Notes: generated from the sequence alone by a model not told the origin. DNA of 64,000 nt from an uncultured Anaerolineales bacterium (GCA_964489525.1 CAZAYY010000010.1:68934-132933), one strand, 5' to 3'. Counted from the stretch's first letter, positions 1 to 8,153 are shown. Made by a program: numbers and translations.

Positions 1-218
1 TCCTCACCATGATAGGCGAGCAGACCGAGTGGATGTTCACTTTTAGCCAGGAGATTGCAGAAACTGGCACGATTCCCTGTGCTCCCAGCAGCGTGAAAGT
101 CTTTGACCGGGATGATGAACCACATACACCAGCAACCATTCGTGGCCTTATCGCGGTTAAATAGCTTTGCTACATCATCAATAAAATCACTCGTTACCTT
201 TTCGATTCTAAGCATCAT
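1..218 (-). CDS. GNAT-family N-acetyltransferase, N-terminal part (gene runs off the left edge)
   Basis: Own translation of the minus strand from tandem ATG ATG at 218/215, with GGAGG 5 nt upstream: MMLRIEKVTSDFIDDVAKLFNRDKATNGCWCMWFIIPVKDFHAAGSTGNRASFCNLLAKSEHPLGLLAYHGE. Open to the window edge, so absent from the ORF track. The CWCMWF / GLLAY pattern recalls GNAT acetyltransferases. Confidence 0.45.
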   Translation of the reverse strand, partial: MMLRIEKVTSDFIDDVAKLFNRDKATNGCWCMWFIIPVKDFHAAGSTGNRASFCNLLAKSEHPLGLLAYHGE

Positions 219-269
219 CTCTACCTCCATCTCGCTAAAGGGTGCTTTCTGGGTGATGAAAATTATACT

Positions 270-324
270 CCTTGCCCCTGCCTCTGCCCGGCGTTATAAT
301 CTTTTACATGAACGCACTATTTTC
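270..324 (+). repeat. 55-bp direct repeat copy 1 carrying a sigma70-like promoter (TTGCCC 272-277, 17-bp spacer, TATAAT 295-300) and an ATG 7 nt after the -10
   Basis: 41/44 identity over the first 44 bp with 2702-2745. The ATG at 308 begins the MNALFSD... ORF. The spacing is compatible with a leaderless transcript. Confidence 0.6.
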
Positions 325-562
325 TGACACCGCCCCCGAAGCCGAAGCCGTGCTGATCCGCCTGCTGCGCCAGGCGCCATCCTGGCGTAAGCTGGAGATG
401 GTAGATCAGTTAAACCAGTCGGTAAAACTTTTAGCCTTGACCGGTTTACACCAGCGTTTTCCGTTAGAAGATGATGAACGCATTCGCAGGCGATTGGCCG
501 ACCTGTTGTTGGGGGAAGAAATGGCGTTGAAAGTATATGGCCCACTTCCTCAGGAAGCATGA
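308..562 (+). CDS. small hypothetical protein (84 aa), upstream partner of the nucleotidyltransferase gene
   Basis: In-frame ATG of ORF 272..562 (MNALFSDTAPEAEAVLIRLLRQ...). The stop overlaps the next start (ATGA at 559-562), indicating translational coupling. No family recognised. Confidence 0.5.
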   Translation: MNALFSDTAPEAEAVLIRLLRQAPSWRKLEMVDQLNQSVKLLALTGLHQRFPLEDDERIRRRLADLLLGEEMALKVYGPLPQEA

Positions 563-1140
563 GCATGTTACCAGAATCAGTCAGCGTATTAATGTCGGTA
601 GTGATGGTTTTCGAGCGGTTGGGCATTCCTTACCTGGTTGGCGGCTCCATGGCTTCCGCTCTTTACGGTGTTGCGCGCTCGACCCTGGATGCGGATATTG
701 TTGCTGATATGCGGCAGAATCAGGTAAGCGCCCTGGTCGCCGCGCTTGGCGATGACTTCTATGCGGATGATCAAATGATCCGCGGGGCGATTGAACATCG
801 CGGTAGATTCAATTCGATCCACCTCACAACGATGTTTAAGGTGGATGTCTTTATTCGCAAAGAACGCCCTTTTGACCAGATACAATTCGAACGACGGGTT
901 GAGCAGATTTTCGCCGCCAACCCTGTACAAAAAGCCTTTATGACCACCGCCGAGGACATCATCCTCGCCAAGCTTGAGTGGTATCATCTGGGTAACGAAA
1001 TTTCCGACCGGCAGTGGCGGGATATTCTGGGGGTTCTGAAAGTACAGGCCGGGCGGCTGGATTATGATTATTTGCAGCAATGGGCCGCCGAACTGAATGT
1101 CGCAGACCTGCTTCAGCGTGCCCTGAAAGAAAGCGAATAA
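559..1140 (+). CDS. Pol-beta-fold nucleotidyltransferase family protein (MNT/AbiEii-like), putative toxin-antitoxin-type module with 308..562
   Basis: GGSMASALYGVARSTLDADIV matches the G[GS]-x9-13-DxD nucleotidyltransferase signature. 193 aa in a two-gene overlapping arrangement. Confidence 0.6.
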   Translation: MSMLPESVSVLMSVVMVFERLGIPYLVGGSMASALYGVARSTLDADIVADMRQNQVSALVAALGDDFYADDQMIRGAIEHRGRFNSIHLTTMFKVDVFIRKERPFDQIQFERRVEQIFAANPVQKAFMTTAEDIILAKLEWYHLGNEISDRQWRDILGVLKVQAGRLDYDYLQQWAAELNVADLLQRALKESE

Positions 1141-1148
1141 ACGATAGC

Positions 1149-1565
1149 ATAAACCTCTTCACCCACGCCAAGCACTGTACTCAGCGCCAACGACACGCAT
1201 GAAATCCGAAGCGCCGCTCGCCGCACGCATGCGCCAGCGCACCCTGGATGAGTATATCGGCCAAGCGCAACGCAGTTGCACCGAGCACCATCCTCGGCCC
1301 CGGAAAGCTGCTGCGCCGGGCCATCGAGGCGGACCGGCTGTTTTCGTCCATCATCCTGTGGGGGCCGCCGGGCACGGGCAAAACCACCCAGGCCATGTGC
1401 ATTGCCAACCAGACCCAATCGCATTTTGAAACCCTCTCGGCTGTACTGGATGGCAAAGCCCGGCTGGTGGAAGTGGTTGAAAAAGCCCTGGAGCGCCGCA
1501 AGCTGTACCGCAAACGAACCATCCTTTTCGTGAAGGACATGGTAGAAACACTTAATTGGGCCTAA
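1149..1565 (+). pseudogene. rarA: degenerate duplicate of the 5' third of rarA (start codon ATG->ATA, two ~18-19 nt insertions, frameshifted)
   Basis: Aligns with 4279-4650 at offset 3130/3094. The core 1289-1512 versus 4383-4606 has only 6 mismatches in 224 bp, while the flanks are much more diverged. The reading frame is split between ORFs 1199..1429 and 1248..1565. It ends at a TAA inside GCCTAAC (1560-1566). Confidence 0.8.
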
Positions 1566-1625
1566 CTACTAATTATACTGCTAATATGCAGTATAGCATG
1601 CGGTTTGATATAATATACTGCATAT
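1560..1625 (-). promoter_or_regulatory. candidate attI / intI regulatory region
   Basis: GTTAGGC (canonical GTTRRRY integron core) reads on the minus strand at 1566-1560, about 140 bp upstream of and divergent from intI. An AT-rich tract holds three copies of the 8-mer TATACTGC: 1574-1581 direct, 1588-1595 inverted (forming TATACTGC-N6-GCAGTATA), and 1614-1621 direct. Confidence 0.35.
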
Positions 1626-1703
1626 GTCCTAAAAAGTCTTTTCTGCACGGATACAATACCAATGCCATAATTCTAGCATGGATCTTAAAAAACGGAGTCT
1701 TCT

Positions 1704-2696
1704 TTGACCGAACCCATTCCCCAAAAACCCAAAAAACTGCTCGACCAACTGCGCGACGCCATCCGCATCAAGCACTATTCTTATTCCACCGAGAAAACGT
1801 ATGTCCATTGGGCAAAGCGTTACATTCTCTTTCATAAAGCGAAACAAGGTTTCGCCCGTCACCCAGCAGAAATGGGCGCGCCGGAGATTGAAGCCTTTCT
1901 TTCACACCTGGCCCAAGAAGCTAATGTCTCAGCGTCCACCCAAAACCAGGCTTTCAATGCCCTGCTTTTTCTCTATCGGAATGTGCTGCAGATTGAATTG
2001 GATGCCCCGATCCATGCTTTGCGCGCCAAACGCGGCCAACACTTACCAACGGTGCTCTCCAGGCATGAAGTGATTCAGGTGCTGGACGGGATGCAGGGGC
2101 TGCACCAGCTCATGGCTCGCCTGCTGTACGGCTGCGGCCTGCGCTTGATGGAATGCCTGCGCCTGCGCGTCAAAGACATTGACTTTGAGCAGTCCCAAAT
2201 TGTCGTGCGCGAGGGCAAGGGCGAAAAAGACCGCCTGACCATGCTGCCCACCAGCCTGGTGGAACCGTTAAAAGCTCAGATTGCATTTGTGCACAAACAG
2301 CACGCCAGTGATCTGTCCAATGGCTTTGGCTCGGTGGAGCTTCCATTTGCCCTGGCGCGCAAATATCCCAACGCCGACAAAGAATTCGCCTGGCAGTATG
2401 TTTTTCCCTCCGACCGGCTCTCAACCGACCCGCGCAGTGGGATTACCCGCCGCCATCATCTGGATCCCAGCGGGTTGCAGCGCGCGGTGAAGGCAGCAGC
2501 GAAACTATCGAAAATCAATAAGCCAGTCAGCCCGCACACCTTCCGTCATTGCTTTGCCACCCACCTGCTGGAGGCTGGGTACGATATCCGCACCGTGCAG
2601 GAACTGCTCGGACACAAGGATGTCAAAACCACGATGATCTACACCCACGTGCTCAACCGCGGTCCGAAGGCGGTGCGCAGCCCATTGGATGAATAG
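1704..2696 (+). CDS. intI: integron integrase (IntI-type tyrosine recombinase), apparently intact
   Basis: 330 aa with a TTG start and GGAG 7 nt upstream. Colinear with IntI1 as I recall it: [57 protein letters not shown]. The IntI-specific insertion is present ([37 protein letters not shown]), as are [12 protein letters not shown] and [14 protein letters not shown]. Confidence 0.9.
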   Translation: MTEPIPQKPKKLLDQLRDAIRIKHYSYSTEKTYVHWAKRYILFHKAKQGFARHPAEMGAPEIEAFLSHLAQEANVSASTQNQAFNALLFLYRNVLQIELDAPIHALRAKRGQHLPTVLSRHEVIQVLDGMQGLHQLMARLLYGCGLRLMECLRLRVKDIDFEQSQIVVREGKGEKDRLTMLPTSLVEPLKAQIAFVHKQHASDLSNGFGSVELPFALARKYPNADKEFAWQYVFPSDRLSTDPRSGITRRHHLDPSGLQRAVKAAAKLSKINKPVSPHTFRHCFATHLLEAGYDIRTVQELLGHKDVKTTMIYTHVLNRGPKAVRSPLDE

Positions 2697-2701
2697 GTGT
2701 A

Positions 2702-2756
2702 CCTTGCCCCTGCCCCTGCCCGGCGTTATAATCTTTGCCATGAACATCCTGTTTCC
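2702..2756 (+). repeat. 55-bp direct repeat copy 2 (promoter TTGCCC 2704-2709 / TATAAT 2727-2732, ATG 2740)
   Basis: Starts 5 nt after the intI stop. Its ATG opens only a 13-codon ORF, MNILFPNLRPSRK (2740-2781), which shares MN.LF with the 308 gene. That ORF's TGA abuts the ATG of the AlbA_2 gene. Confidence 0.6.
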
Positions 2757-2782
2757 CAATCTCCGCCCCAGCAGGAAATGAA

Positions 2783-4165
2783 ATGCCCGGTGAACTAGAT
2801 TCCTGGCTGCAAGTTGGCGAAGGCGAACAACTGGAGTTCAAGCTCCAGTGGGCTGATTCGGCTTTGGAAACGCTGGCCGCATTCGCCAACACGCGTGGCG
2901 GAACGTTATTGGTCGGCGTTTCGGATGCTGGCCAAATCAGCGGCTGGAATGGGAATGATAAAGAGCAGCGAGCGATTGTGGATCAAATCGCGGACGGACT
3001 GCGCCTGGAACCCCTGGTGAGAATTATTTCGGATGAACGCGGTCGGGTACTGTGCATTTCGGTCGCTGCCGCCGGTTTACCGATTTCGCTGCGTGGACGC
3101 TATTTCCAACGCCTGGGCAACACCACCCGCCAACTTTCTCCCGAAACGTTAGGCCGCCTGTTTATCGAAAAATCTGGCGCTTCCTGGGACAAACAACCCA
3201 CCGCCGCCGGCCTGGACGAGATTGACCCGGCTGCCGTGCAGCGTTTCTTGCGCCTGGCGCATGACCGGCTGCCTGAAGCCAGCGAGACTGAACCGGTGGA
3301 GAGTGTCTTACGCAAGTTGGATTTATTAACCGATGATCAACTGCGGCGCGGGGCCTTACTGTTATTTGGCCGGCGGCCACAAAGCGATTTGCACATGGCA
3401 TATGTGCGTATGGGGCGTTTCAAGACTGATACCATCATCGTGGATGATAAATTCATCGAGGGCAACCTTTTCCAGCAGCTTGACCAGGTGATGCAGTATT
3501 TCCGCCAATATTTGCAGGTGCGTTTGGAGATCAATTCACGCATCAGCGAGGGCAAAAGCATGTTGGAGGCTATCCAGCGCCAGGATATTTGGGATTATCC
3601 ATTGGACGCGCTGCGCGAAGCGGTCATCAATGCCCTGATTCATCGCGATTATTTTGACTCTACCGGGCATACCAGCATTCGGGTGTATGACGACCGAGTC
3701 TATATATGGAACCCGGGCGAACTACAGCCAGGTATGACCGTAGATGACCTGCTGCGCCGCCCCCATGACTCACGTCCGCGCAATCCGTTACTGGCGCGGG
3801 TTTTCTACTATGCCGGCTGGATCGAACATTGGGGCAGCGGCGTCACTCGCATCCTGGACTTGTGCCAGGCGCAGGGATTGCCGGCGCCGCAGTTTCGTTC
3901 TGCCAGTGGGCGCTTTGAAGTCGCTTTCACCAAAAGCCTGTACACTGTAAACAGGATGCTTCCAGATGGATTGAGTGAGCGCCAGACCAAGACGCTCCAA
4001 TGGGTCTTAGAGCACAGTCGGATCAGTAATTCAGAGTATCGAAGCCTTTTCCAGGTGTCAGCGCGTACAGCCAGCCGGGAATTGGCAGCGTTGGTACAAC
4101 AAGGCATTTTGGAACAGATAGGGCGCAGCGGCCCCTTTGTATACTACCAATTAAAGACATCATAA
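2783..4165 (+). CDS. AlbA_2 (Schlafen-like) DNA-binding domain protein with RecG-C-terminal-like HATPase_c_4 domain and C-terminal wHTH
   Basis: N-terminus GEGEQLEFKLQWADSALETLAAFANTRGGTLLVGVSDAG (AlbA_2 pattern). Middle EAVINALIHRDYFDSTGHTSIRVYDDRVYIWNPG (HATPase_c_4 pattern). C-terminal wHTH-like SERQTKTLQWVLEHSRISNSEYRSLFQVSARTASRELAALVQQGIL. Confidence 0.7.
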   Translation: MPGELDSWLQVGEGEQLEFKLQWADSALETLAAFANTRGGTLLVGVSDAGQISGWNGNDKEQRAIVDQIADGLRLEPLVRIISDERGRVLCISVAAAGLPISLRGRYFQRLGNTTRQLSPETLGRLFIEKSGASWDKQPTAAGLDEIDPAAVQRFLRLAHDRLPEASETEPVESVLRKLDLLTDDQLRRGALLLFGRRPQSDLHMAYVRMGRFKTDTIIVDDKFIEGNLFQQLDQVMQYFRQYLQVRLEINSRISEGKSMLEAIQRQDIWDYPLDALREAVINALIHRDYFDSTGHTSIRVYDDRVYIWNPGELQPGMTVDDLLRRPHDSRPRNPLLARVFYYAGWIEHWGSGVTRILDLCQAQGLPAPQFRSASGRFEVAFTKSLYTVNRMLPDGLSERQTKTLQWVLEHSRISNSEYRSLFQVSARTASRELAALVQQGILEQIGRSGPFVYYQLKTS

Positions 4166-4168
4166 TCA

Positions 4169-4224
4169 CGCCAATCACGCCAAGATTGCGCCATCAATGC
4201 GCCAAATGCGCCACAAACGCGCCA
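4169..4224 (+). repeat. array of six helically phased CGCCA(A) motifs
   Basis: CGCCA starts at 4169, 4178, 4189, 4200, 4209 and 4220 (spacings 9, 11, 11, 9, 11; mean 10.2 bp). The array lies immediately after the AlbA_2 stop and 55 bp upstream of rarA. Two 19-bp direct repeats follow (4235-4253 and 4257-4275, 15/19 identical). Confidence 0.6.
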
Positions 4225-4278
4225 AACATAGTCAAGATGAAACATTAAGTGACATGATATGAAACGGTAACTGACACC

Positions 4279-5691
4279 ATGGACCTCTTCACCCACGCCA
4301 TGAACGACCGCATGAAAAGCGAAGCCCCGCTCGCCGCCCGGATGCGCCCGCGCAACCTGGACGAGTATATCGGGCAGGAACACATCCTCGGCCCCGGAAA
4401 GCTGCTGCGCCGGGCGATTGAGGCCGACCGGCTGTTTTCGTCCATCATCCTGTGGGGGCCGCCGGGGACGGGCAAAACCACCCTGGCCATGTGCATTGCC
4501 AACCAGACCCAATCGCATTTTGAAACCCTCTCGGCTGTACTGGATGGCAAAGCCCGGCTGGTGGAAGTGGTTGAAAACGCCCTGGAGCGCCGCAAGCTGT
4601 ACCGCAGGCGCACGGTGCTGTTCGTGGACGAAGTTCACCGCTGGAACAAGGCCCAGCAAGATGCCCTGCTGCCGCATGTGGAAAACGGAACCATTACCCT
4701 GATTGGCGCCACCACTGAAAACCCGTATTTCGAGGTGATTGGGGCGCTGGTTTCCCGCTCGCGGGTTTTCCAACTGCGCCCGTTGGAAAACGAGCATGTG
4801 CGCCTGCTGCTGGAACGTGCCCTGCACGACCCGGAACGGGGTTATGGCAAATTGAAGGTGCAGGTCGCGGAAGATGCCTTTGCACACCTGATTAACGTGG
4901 CCGGGGGAGACGCTCGCAATGCCCTCAACGCCCTCGAACTGGCGGTGGAATCCACCCCGGCGGGGGAGGATGGCATCATTCAGGTGACGCTGGACGTGGC
5001 CCAAGAATCCATCCAGCGCCGGGCGGTGCTGTACGACAAGGACGGCGACGCCCACTACGATACGATTTCGGCGTTCATCAAATCCGTGCGCGGCTCGGAC
5101 CCCGATGCGGCCCTCTACTGGCTGGCCAAGATGCTCTACGCCGGGGAAGACCCGCGCTTTATTTTGCGCCGGCTGATTATCCTGGCGGGGGAAGATATTG
5201 GCATGGCCGACCCGCAGGGCATGGTGGTGGCCAGTGCGGCTGCCCAGGCGTTTGACTACATCGGGCTGCCCGAGGGCATTTACCCGATTGTCCATGCCGT
5301 GCTCTACCTGTCCACGGCGCCCAAGTCCAACTCGGCCACCCACTATTTCAAAGCGTTTGAGCTGATTGAACAGCAGGGTAAAACCGATGTCCCGCTGCAC
5401 CTGCGCGACAGCACCCGCGACGCCAAAGCCCTGGGGCACGGTAAAGATTACCAGTACCCCCACGAAGACCCGGCGCATTTTTTGCCACAGCAGTACCTGC
5501 CCCGCGAGGTGTTGGGCACTTATTTCTACCGGCCTTCCAGCCAGGGCTACGAGGCAGAAATTGCCGACCGCCTGGAGCGCTGGCGCGCCGCCCAGCAGGC
5601 CGCCCTGGGGATTGAAGAAACCCAAACCCTGCCAGAACTTAGCGAAAAGAAAATCATCGAAATCAAGGGCAAACACAAGCTCAGTAAATGA
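4279..5691 (+). CDS. rarA: replication-associated recombination protein A (RarA/MgsA AAA+ ATPase)
   Basis: 470 aa. Walker [49 protein letters not shown], and the C-terminal MgsA_C-type YQYPHEDP motif. Confidence 0.92.
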   Translation: MDLFTHAMNDRMKSEAPLAARMRPRNLDEYIGQEHILGPGKLLRRAIEADRLFSSIILWGPPGTGKTTLAMCIANQTQSHFETLSAVLDGKARLVEVVENALERRKLYRRRTVLFVDEVHRWNKAQQDALLPHVENGTITLIGATTENPYFEVIGALVSRSRVFQLRPLENEHVRLLLERALHDPERGYGKLKVQVAEDAFAHLINVAGGDARNALNALELAVESTPAGEDGIIQVTLDVAQESIQRRAVLYDKDGDAHYDTISAFIKSVRGSDPDAALYWLAKMLYAGEDPRFILRRLIILAGEDIGMADPQGMVVASAAAQAFDYIGLPEGIYPIVHAVLYLSTAPKSNSATHYFKAFELIEQQGKTDVPLHLRDSTRDAKALGHGKDYQYPHEDPAHFLPQQYLPREVLGTYFYRPSSQGYEAEIADRLERWRAAQQAALGIEETQTLPELSEKKIIEIKGKHKLSK

Positions 5692-5697
5692 TATGAT

Positions 5698-6348
5698 ATG
5701 CGGGCAATCCAGAAACCCATGCCCCAGGAGTTCGCGATGCCCACCATCTTACTGATCCGCCACGGAGAAAACGAATACACCCGCACAGGCAAGTTAGCAG
5801 GCCGCCTGCCCGGTGTACACTTAAACGAAACTGGCCGCCAGCAGGCTGAAAAATTGGCCAGGGTGTTGGCCAATGCCCCGGTCAAAGCCATCTATGCCAG
5901 CCCGTTGGAACGCACCCAGGAAACCGCTGCGCCCCTGGCTCAGGCGCTGGGGCTGGATGTAACCATCCGCCCTGGCTTAATCGAAACCGGCATTGGCGAT
6001 TGGGAAGGCCAAACCCTCAAAGCACTGCGCAAGTTGAAAGAATGGAAGGTCGTCCAGGCCAACCCGGCCCGCTTCCGCTTTCCCAATGGCGAATCGTTTT
6101 GGGAATGCCAGCAGCGCATCGTGGCGGAGATTGAAGCGATTGCCGCCCAACACGAACCCAAAGATCTGCTGGTGTGCGTCAGCCATTCCGACCCCATCAA
6201 ACTTGCCGTTGCCCACTACCAGGGCCTGGCGCTGGATTTATTCCAACGCATCATGATTTCCACGGCCTCGATTACCACGCTGTATATAGGGGAACACGGT
6301 GCCGCTGTGGTCAACCTGAACGTTCCGGCGGTTTTGGAGTTTCGTTAA
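5698..6348 (+). CDS. histidine phosphatase family protein (phosphoglycerate-mutase-like; MSMEG_4193-type putative phosphomutase)
   Basis: ILLIRHGENEY (RHG motif), ASPLERTQETA, SHSDPIK. The real start may be M8 or M14 (5719/5737). Confidence 0.8.
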   Translation: MRAIQKPMPQEFAMPTILLIRHGENEYTRTGKLAGRLPGVHLNETGRQQAEKLARVLANAPVKAIYASPLERTQETAAPLAQALGLDVTIRPGLIETGIGDWEGQTLKALRKLKEWKVVQANPARFRFPNGESFWECQQRIVAEIEAIAAQHEPKDLLVCVSHSDPIKLAVAHYQGLALDLFQRIMISTASITTLYIGEHGAAVVNLNVPAVLEFR

Positions 6349-6533
6349 GTTTCCCACCACTGGCAAAAGGTCCCTCCAGCTGCGCCGTTCGAGACGACAT
6401 ATCAAAAGTGCCGTCGGCTGCCATTCTGAACTTTTTCCGTTTGTTCTCCCCAAAAGGGAGCACGCAAATGTTGTTATTGCATCCATTCCCCATCCCCCTG
6501 TCCCCCTTCCCGGCGGGAAGGGGGAATTCTTAG

Positions 6534-6583
6534 GGATTGGCCACCTGGCGGGTATTGCCCGCCAGGTGGCCAATCCCTTTTTT
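6534..6583 (+). terminator. intrinsic terminator-like hairpin
   Basis: Perfect 19-bp inverted repeat GGATTGGCCACCTGGCGGG / CCCGCCAGGTGGCCAATCC with a 5-nt loop, followed by CTTTTTT. A second small hairpin, CCCCCTTCC-N-GGAAGGGGG, lies at about 6502-6525. Confidence 0.6.
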
Positions 6584-6813
6584 ACTCCCCGCCCCAAAGC
6601 CTGGGGGGTGGTTGGGGGTGGGGTTGGAAAGTGAGAACCGCAAATTCTAACAACATTTGCGGCCACCTCCCCAAAACCACAGGCGGTAACCGGGGGTTGA
6701 TTCTGGTATACTTCCCATACAAAAGCATCCCTGCGCCTCCTACCGGAGGGCCAGGCCATGCGGTAGGATGATATTTGGAAAATTCTTTGATTTGAGGCTG
6801 GTACATTTTTCCT

Positions 6814-7371
6814 ATGGCACAAGAAATTGAACTGAACCCCGTAACCCATATCACCGTAGACGCAATCGGGCAGCCCGGTAAGCGCGTTTTTTACATCCAG
6901 GGGCAAAAAGATGCCCGCACCATCACCCTGATTATGGAAAAGTTCCAGGTGCAGTCCCTGGCAGTGCATGTGGAACAGTTTATGGCCGAACTGCAGCAGA
7001 AATTCCCTCACCTGGCAGAAGCCTCATCCGAATACAACGAAGTCAACATGCGCATCCAACCCCCTGTAGACCCGCTGTTTCGGGTCAGCGAAATGTCGCT
7101 GGCTTATGACAACAGCCTGGACATGGTGGTGATTGCTGCCAACGAAATGATGCCTGAAACCGGGGAAGAAGAAACCACAGAAAAAAGCGCAGAAGAAGAC
7201 GCTGAAGGCCGGATCGTACGGTTTTGGTGTTCTCGCTCCCAATGCAGGGCGATGGCCCATTGGGGCATGGAAGTGGTAGGGCGCGGCCGGCCTTTGTGCA
7301 CCCAGTGCGGCGCACCCATTGACCCTGAAGAAGGCCATTTTTGCCCCAAGAAAAACGGGCATCGCAAATAG
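6814..7371 (+). CDS. DUF3090 family protein
   Basis: MAQEIELNPVTHITVDAIGQPGKRVFYIQG... with a C-terminal CTQCGAPIDPEEGHFCPKKNGH zinc-ribbon-like motif. The family assignment is from memory of the actinobacterial/Chloroflexi DUF3090 family. Confidence 0.75.
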   Translation: MAQEIELNPVTHITVDAIGQPGKRVFYIQGQKDARTITLIMEKFQVQSLAVHVEQFMAELQQKFPHLAEASSEYNEVNMRIQPPVDPLFRVSEMSLAYDNSLDMVVIAANEMMPETGEEETTEKSAEEDAEGRIVRFWCSRSQCRAMAHWGMEVVGRGRPLCTQCGAPIDPEEGHFCPKKNGHRK

Positions 7372-7381
7372 CGGAGGTTGT

Positions 7382-8122
7382 GTGACCGCGCCAGACCCCA
7401 ACCAGAACCCAGGCGAACTTTTGCCCCTGCTCGAAAAGGGAGAAATTTCGCTCGAAGGGCAGTTCGTTTGGGGCTCCAACTATACCCTGCTGGTCAATGT
7501 TACCAATGGCAGCCAGCACACCCAGGCAGTGTACAAACCCACCCAGGGCGAGCGCCCCTTGTGGGATTTTCCAGCCGAAACCCTGGGGCTGCGCGAAGCT
7601 GCAGCTTACCAGGTGAGTGCATTTTTACAATGGCCGCTGGTACCGCCCACCGTCTACCGCCGCGATGGCCCGATGGGGCCGGGGTCTTTGCAGGCATTTA
7701 TTGAACATGACCCGGAATACCATTTTTTCACTTTCAGCGAAAGCGACCGCGCCAGGCTGCGCCCGGTGGCCCTGTTCGACCTGGTGATTAACAACGCCGA
7801 CCGCAAAGGCGGCCACCTGCTGGTGGATTCCCAGGGCCAAATCTGGGCCATTGACCACGGCATTTGTTTTCATGAAATGCCCAAGCTGCGCACCGTAATT
7901 TGGGATTTCGTAGACGAACCCCTGCCGCCCGAACTGTGCACAGGCCTGGAGCAGCTGCGCGACCAGCTTTCCGCGGGCAGCGCGCTGGAACAAAGGCTGC
8001 TCGCATGCCTGTCTGCGGGGGAACTGCGGGCCATGCAGCGGCGGGTTGACCGGATCTTAACCCGGCAAAAATTCCCACCCCCGCCCCGCAACAGCCGCCC
8101 CTACCCCTGGCCGTTGATTTAA
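7382..8122 (+). CDS. SCO1664 family protein (PI3/PI4-kinase-like fold)
   Basis: GTG start at 7382 with GGAGG at 7373-7377, just after the DUF3090 stop. Kinase-like NNADRKGGHLL and IDHGICFH motifs. Confidence 0.75.
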   Translation: MTAPDPNQNPGELLPLLEKGEISLEGQFVWGSNYTLLVNVTNGSQHTQAVYKPTQGERPLWDFPAETLGLREAAAYQVSAFLQWPLVPPTVYRRDGPMGPGSLQAFIEHDPEYHFFTFSESDRARLRPVALFDLVINNADRKGGHLLVDSQGQIWAIDHGICFHEMPKLRTVIWDFVDEPLPPELCTGLEQLRDQLSAGSALEQRLLACLSAGELRAMQRRVDRILTRQKFPPPPRNSRPYPWPLI

Positions 8123-8153
8123 CCTGGCTGAACTGCTTCATTCGAGGTGACCC

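Noticed and set aside
293-299. GTTATAA (also at 2725-2731) as an integron GTTRRRY core, making the 55-bp repeats att sites
   Set aside because: The second R position is T. The sequence is better explained as the -10 box TATAAT, with a matching -35 at 17 bp. An unrelated GTTATAAT also precedes the TPR gene (17893-17899).
1199-1565. Three overlapping plus-strand ORFs (76, 105 and 85 aa) that could be called as separate small genes
   Set aside because: They are different frames of one frameshifted rarA 5' fragment. I treat the region as a single pseudogene.
1574-1595. TATACTGC-N6-GCAGTATA as a LexA (SOS) box controlling intI
   Set aside because: The spacing is CTG-N8-CAG, not the E. coli CTG-N10-CAG. 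It is also unlike the CGAAC-N4-GTTCG type reported for Gram-positive-like LexA. I kept it only as an unassigned inverted repeat.
4144-5676. 510-aa minus-strand ORF
   Set aside because: It is entirely antisense to the unambiguous rarA gene. Its composition is Gly/Val/Arg-rich, typical of the shadow frame of a high-GC gene, and it has no motif or RBS.
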